Positions 11,517-26,000 of a stretch of DNA of 64,000 bases are shown in pieces (position 1 is the first letter of the stretch; every line of letters begins with the position of its first letter). The DNA is taken from NCBI RefSeq assembly GCF_964204645.1, contig NC_134028.1:6634001-6698000 (forward strand), read 5' to 3'. A program made the translations under genes and the position numbers. Under the pieces are notes generated by a model that had not been told where the DNA came from, ran no database searches, and worked only from the letters and a program-made list of their open reading frames with translations. Source of the stretch: Tubulanus polymorphus. Lineage: Eukaryota > Animalia > Nemertea.

Positions 11517-13057
11517 CTAAAAATAAAAAAGAATAATTGTTGACATCTTTTCATTCACTCAATGAAAAATGATGTGGCTGCTAGGCCTATAGTCTAGTCC
11601 TACTTCAAAATGGCCAATTGGTAGATCAAAAATGGTAGTGGATATTTGATCATTTCACCCTTTCGAAGCTAAACCCTAAACAAAGTGATGCATAATAAAG
11701 GTAGATAAATTGATTACAGTGGCGTTGGAAGTGCAGCGACTGCAGCGACAATAATTTATTGATGACGTTTTTTTTAATACCAAGTTTTTGAAGAAGTTAA
11801 GTAAATTCGCTGTGGCAATATTTAGAATCTGTCCAAAATCGGCATTTGGCTGCAGCAATAAAAAATTGCTTCCACCGCCCCTGGATTAGTTTGCTTTTTA
11901 GTAGGCCTACTGACTTAATAATTCAATACTCATTCCTCACTGAGTCTGAGCCTGAGGTACTAACAATGCGTCTATTCATCATTGTAGGAGTTAACAGACA
12001 ATACACAATGCCATACACCAAGCCCGCCACACTTATAGCAACAAGCCTTTTCAGTGAGAGTCAATGAGCAGATGAATAGGACCTGTTCTCTCTCGCTCCT
12101 CCAGACCTAGGCTCTCGAATCCCCTATTTTTGCCCAGTAGTTACGAAATGAGTCGTTTAGGCTAGCTGTTTAAAGGCAACGTGACCAACTTAATTCTTAC
12201 CTTTAAGATTTTTTTTTTGAACTGGAAGAAATAGGATCTGAGAGATCTTATGTCGTGAGTTGAACTCTTATCAGTCGCACGGCTGCTGCGGTGTGCAATG
12301 CCGGGTGGTACTGGTACCGGTAGTTTGGATGATGGATGAATCGCAATGTTGCACGCATTAAATGCATGATGGATCGAAACATTTTCACGAGTCAACTTCT
12401 GATTTGAAACTCGCTCTACCGGTACTTGAGTTATATTTCTTTTTACGATAATGTAAACCAAAATGATCCCGAGAAAAAAATTCAACCCAGTCAACAACCA
12501 ACATTTAACAGTACACGAAGTTTGGCTGATAAGGATAGTCATTCACTAGATTTCATCTACCTGCCACATTCCAAAACTAAAAAAATAAAATTCAGTTTCG
12601 TGTACATTTAAAAACAGTTTTTATTGAAATAACCTTTTGCAGAGAAAAAATATAATGAAATGCTGTGCAACTTAGATCATAATAATACAATTGCAATTAA
12701 TCCTCGCAAAGTTTTTACAGGCCTAATTAATTCTATTATTTAAGATTTATGGATCATAAGTCTGTACGTAGTTATTACAGTCAATAGTACATATAATAAA
12801 AAACAACTTTTAAACAGCATCACCCTTCTAAAAATCATCATTAAGTTATTATAACAAATAAATTCTATCATTTGATATCTATATGGATAATAATCCTGTA
12901 GTTATTACAGTTGATATGATAGTACACAGACACAATATAATAAAATACAACTTTTAAAAAGCATCAAACTTCAAAAAAGAAAACTAACTTTGAAAGTAAC
13001 AACAGGCCATGAGTATAACCGATTGACCCTGCTACTTATGATTAAAAGCCAAGATTT

Positions 13058-14751
13058 TCAAAACAAATGAGAAGAATAGCGACAAGTACGTGTCCAAATA
13101 TGTGCTTTCTTCTCCTCGTGGAATATGCGAGTAAATTTCATAGGACACTCACATAGATAACAATTATGATTGCTGCCAACCCAACGGTATATCCAGATAT
13201 CATGGTTCGGACAATGGCAATTTGTGGTGGTACTCGAACTACCTAATTTTTTGTCAATACTTTTTTTAACCGCTTCGTTATAGGCACATATCGTATCTAG
13301 TTTATGCATTTGTCGAGCATGCTGAAGGAGATCTTTAAATTTTTCACCATACTTTTTGCAGTAAGGCAAAATACATCGATCAGCAATAACAACTTTTTCA
13401 GAAGTGTGACGCTTTTTATGGTCAGTCAGGTTGCCTCTAGACATAAATCTTAATCCACAAATATTGCAAGCATATTGTCCTTTTGGCACATGTCTTTTAA
13501 CATGAACGTTCAAATTGCTCTTATCGGTAAAGCTTTTACCGCATATCTCGCATGAAAATTTCAGTTCTTTGCAATGTATTCTTGAATGACGATTAAAATT
13601 TGATTTATTGCCAAAAATTCTGCCGCACACCGAACATTCATATCCACTGTCTACTTTTTTACATAATACTGTAGCTGTATCGGGCGCAATAACTGATGAC
13701 GAGTCCTGGTTCTTTTCGCTAACGTCACTTTTTAGAACGGAAACAACACGACGTCTATTACTTTTACGCCTGGACAAAGTTGTCGTAACATCAACACGTT
13801 TTACAGATACATTTTCTTCGATGTCCTGTTGCTGCTTGAGCTTTTTTAATTGGTCGACATGAATATTCCACTGTTCTTCGAAACTAATCGAATCATACTT
13901 CCATGCGAGGAAATGAAGTCCAATATTTAGGGAGGGCTTAAGTCCAATTGCTTTTTTTTCCATAAACAATGGTATAATCGATTTTGCATGTTCTTTAACT
14001 TCCTCCATTGGCCATGGCCCAATTGGCAATGCTCCACCATACTTTAACCGCAGAGCTTCCACGCGTCTAATCGTATCAATTTCGCCAATAATTGGGCAGG
14101 AGGGAAGAAATTCTTGAAATTCATGAGTATAAAAGCTGAAAAGAAAGATATTCAATTAGAAGATAGTTTAGTACAGGTAAGATAAGAATTTTGGTTGATA
14201 AGAGGATTTATTGTCCATACTTACAAATAACCATAGCCATTTCCGTGTATTTCAACGACCAGGTCCCCACTTCCATAGGGGCATGTTGGTGGAATATCAT
14301 GTAGTCCACAGATCTGTTTTTGGGCCTGTGTATTTTCCGCTACATTTATCACACCCATACATCTGGGAGGAAACTTACGAACATACGCAAATCCCACTCG
14401 TATTCTCTCTGACTCTGTGCGAAGTAAATAAAGAGGTTTCTTACTTATCATTGACATCAGATCAGCTAATACCAAGTCCTACAGCTATGCCTTGACAGTA
14501 TATAAATTTAATCAATTACGGTATGTACCTTTTACAGCAGCTCCAGTAAGCTTGTTGGCCGGGTACTGGTTGTTGAGTCGGAGCCCATCTGTTTCAACGG
14601 GCGTACCGAGGATCGGGGTTTCACTGCCGACTTTCTTCTGCCGGCCTTGTTCTTTGTCACTATCGTCTTCGACTTCATCACTTACATCGAATGGTTCTAT
14701 TCCACTAATATCGCTACTTGCATCCAGATCCACGCCTAGACATTCAGCCAT
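13058..14751 (-). CDS. transposon cargo C2H2 zinc-finger protein (~515 aa, 3 exons)
   Basis: Exons ~14751-14536 (donor uncertain), 14478-14225, 14135-13058; the exon 2/3 junction is in phase (GY-F-FYTHE). Three tandem C2H2 fingers (YECSVCGR...HSRIH; FSCEICGK...HVKRH; YACNICGL...HKKRH), an atypical fourth finger and a Cys/His-rich tail; AATAAA on the minus strand near 12620. Confidence 0.8.
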
Positions 14752-14885
14752 CACGATGCAGATGCGTTCAGTTGATATAATTGATATAATTTATAGAAAG
14801 AAAAGAATTGGATCGTATCGTCGCTTCGAGTATGATAAAAGAGAGCTGATGTTAGATGTTACTCTTGACGCACCCGTGTTGTGCA

Positions 14886-14897
14886 TGCGCATGCGCA
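14886..14897. promoter_or_regulatory. NRF1/Erect-wing-type palindrome upstream of the zinc-finger gene
   Basis: TGCGCATGCGCA, ~135 bp upstream of the ATG. Confidence 0.5.
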
Positions 14898-15032
14898 TTG
14901 CCTGGACCGTACGATTTTAGATTATAATCAAAATCATTGTATTTCACAAACGTCATCGCTTCAAACACTCGATGAAGTTTAAAACAAAATACGAAGCAAG
15001 TACGTCACCACGATTATTATAGTAATTATAGT

Positions 15033-17850
15033 GGTCGTTCTTATTTGAACGACGATATCAGAAACGCGCAACTGCTAATATATAACCATATTCGCAATTC
15101 ACCAGAAACATACTGAGACAAGAACGACCAAGCAGGCAGAAAACATTAAACAATCATCAATATCCACATTTTTCGACTATATTTAGCGTGAAATAGAAGT
15201 TTCGATCAATTTCTCATTGTTGGTCGTTCTTGTTTGAACGACGATATCAGAAACGCGCAACTGCTAATATATAACCATATTCGCAATTCACCAGAAACAT
15301 ACTGAGACAAGAACGACCAAGCAGGCAGAAAACATTAAACAATCATCAATATCCACATTTTTCGACTATATTTAGCGTGAAATAGAAGTTTCGATCAATT
15401 TCTCATTGTTGGTCGTTCTTGTTTGAACGACGATATCAGAAACGCGCAACTGCTAATATATAACCACATTCGCAATTCACCAGAAACATACTGAGACAAG
15501 AACGACCAAGCAGGCAGAAAACATTAAACAATCATCAATATCCACATTTTTCGACTATATTTAGCGTGAAATAGAAGTTTCGATCAATTTCTCATTGTTG
15601 GTCGTTCTTGTTTGAACGACGATATCAGAAACGCGCAACTGCTAATATATAACCACATTCGCAATTCACCAGAAACATACTGAGACAAGAACGACCAAGC
15701 AGGCAGAAAACATTAAACAATCATCAATATCCACATTTTTCGACTATATTTAGCGTGAAATAGAAGTTTCGATCAATTACTCATTGTTGGTCGTTCTTGT
15801 TTGAACGACGATATCAGAAACGCGCAACTGCTAATATATAACCATATTCGCAATTCACCAGAAACATACTGAGACAAGAACGACCAAGCAGGCAGAAAAC
15901 ATTAAACAATCATCAATATCCACATTTTTCGACTATATTTAGCGTGAAATAGAAGTTTCGATCAATTTCTCATTGTTGGTCGTTCTTGTTTGAACGACGA
16001 TATCAGAAACGCGCAACTGCTAATATATAACCACATTCGCAATTCACCAGAAACATACTGAGACAAGAACGACCAAGCAGGCAGAAAACATTAAACAATC
16101 ATCAATATCCACATTTTTCGACTATATTTAGCGTGAAATAGAAGTTTCGATCAATTTCTCATTGTTGGTCGTTCTTGTTTGAACGACGATATCAGAAACG
16201 CGCAACTGCTAATATATAACCACATTCGCAATTCACCAGAAACATACTGAGACAAGAACGACCAAGCAGGCAGAAAACATTAAACAATCATCAATATCCA
16301 CATTTTTCGACTATATTTAGCGTGAAATAGAAGTTTCGATCAATTACTCATTGTTGGTCGTTCTTGTTTGAACGACGATATCAGAAACGCGCAACTGCTA
16401 ATATATAACCATATTCGCAATTCACCAGAAACATACTGAGACAAGAACGACCAAGCAGGCAGAAAACATTAAACAATCATCAATATCCACATTTTTCGAC
16501 TATATTTAGCGTGAAATAGAAGTTTCGATCAATTTCTCATTGTTGGTCGTTCTTGTTTGAACGACGATATCAGAAACGCGCAACTGCTAATATATAACCA
16601 CATTCGCAATTCACCAGAAACATACTGAGACAAGAACGACCAAGCAGGCAGAAAACATTAAACAATCATCAATATCCACATTTTTCGACTATATTTAGCG
16701 TGAAATAGAAGTTTCGATCAATTTCTCATTGTTGGTCGTTCTTGTTTGAACGACGATATCAGAAACGCGCAACTGCTAATATATAACCATATTCGCAATT
16801 CACCAGAAACATACTGAGACAAGAACGACCAAGCAGGCAGAAAACATTAAACAATCATCAATATCCACATTTTTCGACTATATTTAGCGTGAAATAGAAG
16901 TTTCGATCAATTTCTCATTGTTGGTCGTTCTTGTTTGAACGACGATATCAGAAACGCGCAACTGCTAATATATAACCATATTCGCAATTCACCAGAAACA
17001 TACTGAGACAAGAACGACCAAGCAGGCAGAAAACATTAAACAATCATCAATATCCACATTTTTCGACTATATTTAGCGTGAAATAGAAGTTTCGATCAAT
17101 TTCTCATTGTTGGTCGTTCTTGTTTGAACGACGATATCAGAAACGCGCAACTGCTAATATATAACCATATTCGCAATTCACCAGAAACATACTGAGACAA
17201 GAACGACCAAGCAGGCAGAAAACATTAAACAATCATCAATATCCACATTTTTCGACTATATTTAGCGTGAAATAGAAGTTTCGATCAATTTCTCATTGTT
17301 GGTCGTTCTTGTTTGAACGACGATATCAGAAACGCGCAACTGCTAATATATAACCATATTCGCAATTCACCAGAAACATACTGAGACAAGAACGACCAAG
17401 CAGGCAGAAAACATTAAACAATCATCAATATCCACATTTTTCGACTATATTTAGCGTGAAATAGAAGTTTCGATCAATTTCTCATTGTTGGTCGTTCTTG
17501 TTTGAACGACGATATCAGAAACGCGCAACTGCTAATATATAACCATATTCGCAATTCACCAGAAACATACTGAGACAAGAACGACCAAGCAGGCAGAAAA
17601 CATTAAACAATCATCAATATCCACATTTTTCGACTATATTTAGCGTGAAATAGAAGTTTCGATCAATTTCTCATTGCTGGTCGTTCTTGTTTGAACGACG
17701 ATATCAGAAACGCGCAACTGCTAATATATAACCATATTCGCAATTCACCAGAAACATACTGAGACAAGAACGACCAAGCAGGCAGAAAACATTAAACAAT
17801 CATCAATATCCACATTTTTCGACTATTTTAAGCGTGAAATAGAAGTTTCG
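15033..17850. repeat. satellite array, 189-bp unit x ~14.9 copies, nearly homogeneous
   Basis: Unit starts GGTCGTTCTT at 15033, 15222, 15411 ... 17679; only a few variant sites. Confidence 0.98.
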
Positions 17851-18393
17851 TTGTTGCTGTTGTTGTTGTTCTTCGACTCTACGGGCCTCCTGGTTTTTGA
17901 AGATCATTTTCAATCCAAAATACCACAAAATAGATCTAGCCGGCTCATTCACGTATTATATTCAAAGAAATAACGAACAACGAAATCATCTTCAATGTAT
18001 TGTGAATGACAAATGAACGTTTAGCGTCACATATCTATTTATTCATGAACACGATAATTACACACATACACATATTATATAAATATTCATATATCATTAC
18101 ACTAGCATACCACGCATACAGGCATTGACTAATAAAAACAAACATCGCATTTCTAGCCAAAATATATCACAATATAAATTATTATAAATTGTACTCTATG
18201 TTAATAAAATCTGATGTACACGAGTTTTTTATTCAATAATTTGATGCAAAAATTCAGAAAAATACTTAAAAACACATTTGATATAATTTATAATTTCCAT
18301 TGAAAAGAAATCAATACTGAAGCTGGCCAGGACATATTTGCAAAAATATTGTTCCAAATTCACAGGGGAACAGTAGTGGATGAACAGAGATTG

Positions 18394-19562
18394 AAAACTA
18401 GGGGTCCAGGGACACCATGCCCACTTGGGAAGTGGTTCCAAATGCTCAACAATCTAACAATTTCAATATTCAACGCCCCCTGGTGACCATATACAAAAAC
18501 CAATGACCTTGAAACTCATCACAATCATAGAACATGTCAGCAGCTACAATTTTGTAATTGATTGTGATAACTAAATATGCCTTGTTACCAATCTAATATG
18601 GAAATACTAAGTTATTCTACTATTCAACGCCCCCTGGTGACCATATACAAAAACCAATGACCTTGAAACTCATCACAATCATAGAACATGTCAGCAGCTA
18701 CAATTTTGTAATTGATTGTGATAACTAAATATGCCTTGTTACCAATCTAATATGGAAATACTAAGTTATTCTACTATTCAACGCCCCCTGGTGACTATAT
18801 TCAAAACCCAATGACCTCGAAACTCACCACAATCATAGAACATGTCATGAACTACAACTTTGCAAGTGATCATGATAACAAAATACGCCTAAGTACCAAT
18901 ATAATAAGGAAATACTAAGTTATTCTACTATTCAACGCCCCCTGGTGACCATATAGAATAACTAATGTCCTTAAAACTCTCAACAATAATAGATGATGTC
19001 ATGAGCTATAACTTTCCAATTGATTGTGGTTACAAAATATGCATAGGTACGAATATAATAAAGAAATGCTAAGATATTGTATTATTCAACGCCCCCTGGT
19101 GGTCATTGACAAAATCCAATGACCTTGAAACTCACCACAATCATAGAACACGTTATGAGCCACAACTTTCTAATTGATTGTGGTATCAAAATACGCTTAG
19201 GTATCAATATAATGTGGAAAAACTTTTTCCCACTTACAAATGAGTACTGGCGACACCAAGATGGCTGCCAATTGCGTCATAATTGGCTGATGAAAAATAA
19301 CTGTCTCAGGTTTTAAAACATCCCTTTCCAAAGAATACCCATCACAAATTGCAAATTGAGAAATGGCAAACCAGTAGGAAGCTACAGGGCTCAGAATTTG
19401 GGCCAAAATTTACATTTTTGGGCACTAAAAAGGTCATAGGACGGCCATCTTGAGTCCGATCGACCCAATTTTTGTTATGCTGATGGGCCCTGGGAAGATA
19501 CACATACATCCGAAAGATCAAGGTAATTGATCAAAGCGTCTCAAAAATTTCCCTCAAAAAGT
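18394..19562 (-). mobile_element. second, inverted, 5'-truncated copy of the HINE-like element (five 154-bp units)
   Basis: Reverse complement of ~5700-6717 (AAACTAGGGGTCCAGGGACACCATGCCCACTTGGGAAGTGG...). Confidence 0.8.
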
Positions 19563-20042
19563 TCAAATTTTTAGTCAGGAAATATGATCAACAGCTAGTA
19601 GACCACAATAATAAAAGGAAATTGAGGTGTTTGTACAATTACCTATAAAAAATTATATTTTGAACATATTTCACGGAATTCCGGGAATTTTAATTTTACA
19701 ATCCAAGGTCGCCATCAATGTCCGATTAGCAAAGTTGTCTGAGCATGGCTGCACCATTTCCATGGCTGCACCATTTCCAATCAAATTTGTAACATCCGAT
19801 GTAATAAAATATTTTTTGATAATGATCTGTGCCGATATAATGATTTGATTTAAAAAAAAAAAAAATTACGAGAAAGGAGTTTGGTAGTCGGTCGGCCATA
19901 TATATTTTTGAAAAAAGTTATTTCACCCAAAATTTTGAAAAAGGGTCGATAGGCAATTATATCTTATTCTGAAAATGATTATTTTTACAGAGTTTTCTTT
20001 TCTGTGGCCTAAATTCCAAATTTGTGTGGCCTAAATTCAAAA

Positions 20043-23000
20043 TTAAACAACTACTTCTGTGTCAGACTCTTGATCATCAGAATCAAAAGTATACAGTGCG
20101 GAATTGGAATCTTCTGGTTCAGCAGTTTGTTTTTCCACTAAATTTGAGTATATTTCTTGACACGAGGAAATGCGTTTATGAAGGAACTTCAGTTTTTCAT
20201 ATATCAAACTCTTAAGTCCCTGATCTACATCGTCATCTTCCCTGGCAGCAAGAAGATCAGCTCGTTGAATCTCTAAATTCTGTATCACATGAGAAAGTTC
20301 AACCTGAACCATTTGCTTTTCTTCTATCGACCTTTTCAGAGTAAACCAACTGCCTAAGGCTTTACGTTGCATTGTAGTTAAAGCTGACATCTAAAGGAAG
20401 AACAAGACAGGAAATCAAATACGAGAAAAATTTTGTAGCAAGCTCCACCGAGAAGAATAAAGACCAACCTCGTTAGACAATGGCTGGTAAATTGTGCTTT
20501 CGAGATTCAGAGCATCTTTAGAACTAATTCTGTTGATATCCGCAGTCAGACAATTGTACAAGTTAATGGCCTTTTTTATACTTTTCACAACCCGCTTCCG
20601 CTGCTTGATCAGACGACTTGCAATTTTCTGGCCACCTAAAATTTAGTGGGGTATATACATGAGTTATGTCTGTTCTGAAGGGATTTACAAGGGAGGAATG
20701 ACAATGTAGCAATTATGTCACATGGGATGGCAGTTTCACCTGCATGTTTTTTTGAAGCTTTATCAAGAACCTTCATCTCACATGCTAAGGTTCGCATTTG
20801 TCGAAGATATGCACAACGTTTCCTGTCATTCATTGCTTCCATTAGATTGATGTATTCGTATTGAGAACTGGACCATCGAGTGAGATTCCGAATATTTTCA
20901 ATTGATTGAAGTCTTGCATCCAGTCTAAACGAGACAACAGTATCAGTATCATCACAATGCCACCATAATGAAAACTGACAGAAAACAAGCTGAAAACTAA
21001 TACCAATGTACGTAGTTACTCCAACTTACTCATCTCTCTCTTTAACAAGGGTCATACATGTGGTACCATCATTAGAGCTCTTTATCATTGTACTGAGAAA
21101 AAAAAATATATATTTACATTCATATTTCATTTAAGTACTTAATAAGTGCACCTCTGATGATTTATCTCATAATTACTATAACTTACCAGACAGTGTAGTA
21201 TGTAGACAAGAGCTTGACGTATTTTTCTTGCCATGAGGATGGGTTTCCTTAATATTGAAAAAGAAAAATAATCAATACAACAGGCCTTAAAACTCTTTCC
21301 ACACCGTGGGTTAAATATTTCGCCTCATGAGATGACTATAGCTGATGTCGAGGGCAAACTCATTTGCCAGGGATATATCTAAAATAATTTCATTGAAAAA
21401 AAGTTTATAGGGCAATTTTTATTGGTTTGTCAAGTGGATGAGATCTCAGTCATGTATCTGGTATACTATAGTATAGAACTATTAGATGGCGAAGCTGTGC
21501 CCACAGTAACTTATGGCAGGTGACCTCCATTTTTTCCCAGATTTCTAATTCAAAGGTCAATAAGTCAGCGTGACCCTCAATGGACCCAAACCCTAGAGTG
21601 TATCATATAACCATTCATGAGCTTTCAGAAAATTATTGGTTTTGGGGTGTTGACTTAGTTCAATGCCACGTGTTCACAACCCCGAAAAGGTCCAGCACAG
21701 CTGAGTGGAATTTCATTAATGATGATCAACATGGAAAGAGTTAAACTTGTTAACACCATGCCATAACTTTTACCTTTATCTCTTTTATGAGTCACTGATA
21801 CCTTTTCCTGGAAATTCCACTGTTCAAAGATATCATCTCTCCCAGTAGCTATTTCTAAAAATAATGAAAAGATACATGTAAATTCAGCTTTATTCCTCTA
21901 GCAAATAAGATACATGGTGACAAATCGAGACCTGGAATTATCAATGATATATCGGCAAGTTCCTTTTCTGCTTGTTCTATAGCTACATCTGCTCTCTTAA
22001 ACCGCTCAAACAATGCGAATTCTAAAACCACAAACAAAAATGATGTCAAAATTATCAATATGTGATAACCATACCATCCTGGATTTACTTACCAATTTTA
22101 TTCATTTTCTTCCATGTATAATGCTGGGCTGCTAATGTAAGTAACTCTAACCTACGATTTGGAGTCTGTTCCTTTGTAATTTGAGCAAATCGTCGGATAT
22201 AAGACCAAAATCGTTCCATAGTTTCTCCATCCGTCAAACCAAAATTTTCCAAGCGACGTGGACTTAAGTTTGTCTGAGCGATAATAAAAGATAAAAAAAC
22301 ATTTTTTTTTTCAAATAAATATAATGATCCAGTCAGAAGAAAACTTAAACCTAGGTTAGATCCATACTTGACAATTGGCTTGATGACCATAGCAGTGAAA
22401 TAATGGAATGGCAAATTGGAGATTACCCGGCAACATTCTTGAAATATCTGGTTTCTGAAAAAATATCAAATGCACGTGGTAGTTAGAATGGGTTCAGGGA
22501 AACCATTCTCATTTGGGAACTAGGGATATTGTTTCAATAACATGGTCTATGGGCAATAACTAAGAAATGGCATCTACCTTTAGATATTTTTGCAATACAC
22601 AAGCTATGTCATACATAACTACCAATTCTAATTGATTATGCTCAACTTGCAGCTCTGCAACCATATGATTCAACAGCGAAACAACGTAACTGAGCCTGGA
22701 ATATGAATCAAACACATTCTCACACATCAAAACTAGGGATCCAAGGACTCCATGAAATCATTGACTATTTCAATATTCAATGGCCTCTAATGAACATACA
22801 CAGAAACCAATGATCTTGGCACTCATCAGAGAAGATTTCATGAGCTACATATTTGCAATTGATTGTGGTTCCAAAATATGCACATGTAAGATACAGAACT
22901 AGATTACCTTTCACCGTGCCTTAGATTTAGCATCGCTAGTGGAATCTCATGTCGTGAACATGCCAAACCCATCACACCAGTATAATCCAAATTGACAGCT

Positions 23001-26000
23001 TTGTTTTTGGCACGGATGTCTGTTCCTGCCTGGAAATTATTACATTCCTGGAAAAATTAATCAAATGGCAATTTCAATTAAATATATTAATATATATTGT
23101 ATACAATCAAAACCATTTTTTTCAAAACCAAAATATTTACACCATCATCAAGTTTGGATGTATCACAACATCTCAAAACATACGAATCTACATTGCCTTG
23201 GTCTAAAAATATTGGTCTTAAGATTTGTGGGGTAGAGTAACTCCTTCCTGCATTCTTTTTCCGAACCAATCCAAAATTAGCATCAGCTGACACAAAAAGT
23301 TTACCATTATCCTAGGAAGATGAAAATTGATTTTCAAAAAATATTTCAGAATACAGAAGACTCTGCCTGTCCGGTAATCCATTCAATCTAAATGAAGGTC
23401 CAAATGGTACCGGTTAAGGCGGGGTCTATTTTATATGGCAAACCAGTGTCAGAAATGCAGCCAGAAGCCATACCTCAGGACAAGCCAAGCACCGCTTATA
23501 AGTGTAAGATTTCGACAACAGATATTCCTCACAAGTTATCAATCTAAATCTACTCAGACTCTCACTTGTCAGCAGTCTATACAACTGTGAGACCTACGTA
23601 ACATCAAAGCACATCAAATTTTAGTTAACAATGAAATATAGACAGGAGATGTGCACTTGGGGTGTATTACTTTACCTGGTCAAGCGAATAAGCGTTCATC
23701 ACAGCATACGTGTCTGCAAATGCTCTTGCTGACAGCTGACCTTCTATTTGGAGAGTCGTAAAAAGTTTGAGAAAATCAAATGATGCAGCGTATGTTGGCT
23801 GGGAAGGAGATGCAGGCCACAAACGATGATTGGTTAAAGCAATAGGTAGACTTTGACATTCGCAGTGCTGAACTTTTTTCGCATCACATCGACCTATTAA
23901 TCAATATCAAACATAGCAGTGAATAAATCTGAAGTAAATTATGGTTGATTTTGATTTTAACCGTCCTGGTGAATTCTTGCTGTTTGGTTAAAGAAATTTA
24001 CTTTTTTGGATCTAAATCCAGATACTGGCATGCATTTTAACCTACTGACAGATAATGTCATTTATAAAACAAGAGTTAAATCTTGAGCAAATTATACATA
24101 CCATAAGAATCGAAGACTGTAATAATTTTTTCTTCAATCAAGGTACAATTGCATGGTAATCTGCTGAGGAGGGGTGGCTCCCTAGGACACACATGGTTAA
24201 AAAAACCATCCATCTGTGCAAAATAAAAACATCATAAAATACAATGTACGTAGAGTTTTTACCATTCATTCACGTTTCCACTGGTAAGGCCAGGACAAAA
24301 AGAAGTACTAAGGACTTTTTCAGCAATTTTAGACCCAAATGGAAGGACTTCTTGACTGAAAAAGAATACTTTCCAGCAAAATTAGGACCCAAGCAGGGCC
24401 CACAATAGGCGATTTTTATCACTGAATCCAGGCATCCTCACTTGCCAGGGCTTGATTACCGCCCGCTAAAGCTCCCGTCAACACAAACCCTGGCCGTATA
24501 CCCTTCATTGGTCTATTACATCGCCCAAAATTTCGTGGGCCGAGAGGTTAACACTGAATGCCCACCAGTCTATATATCTAGCCAAAGAGATGCATGATTT
24601 GTCCTACAGCATTACCACGCATATGATTGACTGGAGTGAAATATAGACTGGCGGACACTGTCTGGCCAAGAAATGGACAATGTAATAGACCATATGAAGG
24701 GTTTGTGGCCAGGGTTTGTATTGGCGTGAGCTTATTATTCAAAAACATTTGCAATGTGTACCAATGTCAAATTTTGTGCAATATTTCCAAGCAAAGAAGC
24801 GATAGAGACATGAGATTTCAAATAAAAAACAACCTTTTTAGACGCAAAAAAAGACCTTGAGTGAACAAATTTTGACCAAATATACCAATTGACCATGAAG
24901 TGTATTAGAAATTTCCCTTGAAAACTTCAAAAGAGCTGATTTTAGCAAGCCAAATATATGGACAGACAATTGAATTAAGTGTCTTCAAAAGTTCGCCTTG
25001 ACAGAATAATGGACATATGACAGTTGAATAGTGAAAGCTAGGCCCCTGGGACTTGAGTCCCACATGGGCTATAAATACTTACAGCTTGCCACTGCTTCAA
25101 TCGATGGAAAGGCAAATATGTATGTAAGTTTATGCTGCATTCCAAACAGTATGTAGCAAATGGATGACAATCATCACATCGAAAAGGCTCTTGTTCGATT
25201 TTTTCGCAGATAAAACATTCAAACGACATCGGTTTGTACTGCTTCAGAGCAGATTCAGTGAGCTTGTCCGATAACTCATCCCACGCATGGACTTCAGACA
25301 CTCGTCTCTTTCCATAATCACCATAACTGCCTTTCGTTGCACTTTCAGAATGACCTTTTGAGTTAAAAGAATATTCATTTGGATCAATCATTTTAAAACA
25401 AGATGTAGTTATAGTAGTACAATGCCATCACCAATGCCTAATGGGACATCCGGCAAATTAACTAGGGGGCACCATGCCTACTGGCTGGTTGAAAGGCTCC
25501 ACAATCTGGCGATCTATAAAATACAGATATCAATGACCTTTTGCAACTACAATTTTGCTTTTGATCGTGGTAACAAAACATGCAATATGGAAATATCATA
25601 CGTTATTCCACTATTCAATGCCCCCTGGTGAACATTACAAAACAGAGAGTCATGACCTTGAAACTGACCACAATCATGGAACATCTCATGAGCTACAGCT
25701 ACGCAAAAAAATTGCTGCTACAAAATGTCCCCCCCCCCCTGTTTTATGATGAGATTTTACAAGGACCACCTTCACAGCACTCAAGAGTTCAAAGAGATCG
25801 GCTCTATAACGGAAAACGGCTCTATAACTTTTTAGTGCTTGGCCCGTAGTATCTACATTCCCAGTTTCGTCAAGATGAGATTATAATTGTTGGACAAGAA
25901 GCGATTTAAAGATTTTACAAGCGCCACCCATACAGCGCCCTCTAGAGATCAAATTCGGAAAAACGGCTCCATAACTTTTTAGCCCTTGGCCCATTTTCAC

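Noticed and set aside
12162-12542. 126-aa ORF with a hydrophobic segment as N-terminus of the homeodomain protein
   Set aside because: The donor at ~12200 is in phase, but the ATG lies right after the upstream gene's poly(A) region and the peptide has no recognisable features; more likely a 5' UTR exon
15033-17850. CRISPR-like array
   Set aside because: Units are identical end to end with no unique spacers, there are no cas genes, and the context is eukaryotic
25355-25391. ATG at 25391 as transposase start (ORF track)
   Set aside because: An in-phase acceptor at 25355 links this exon to the upstream 26476-26224 exon
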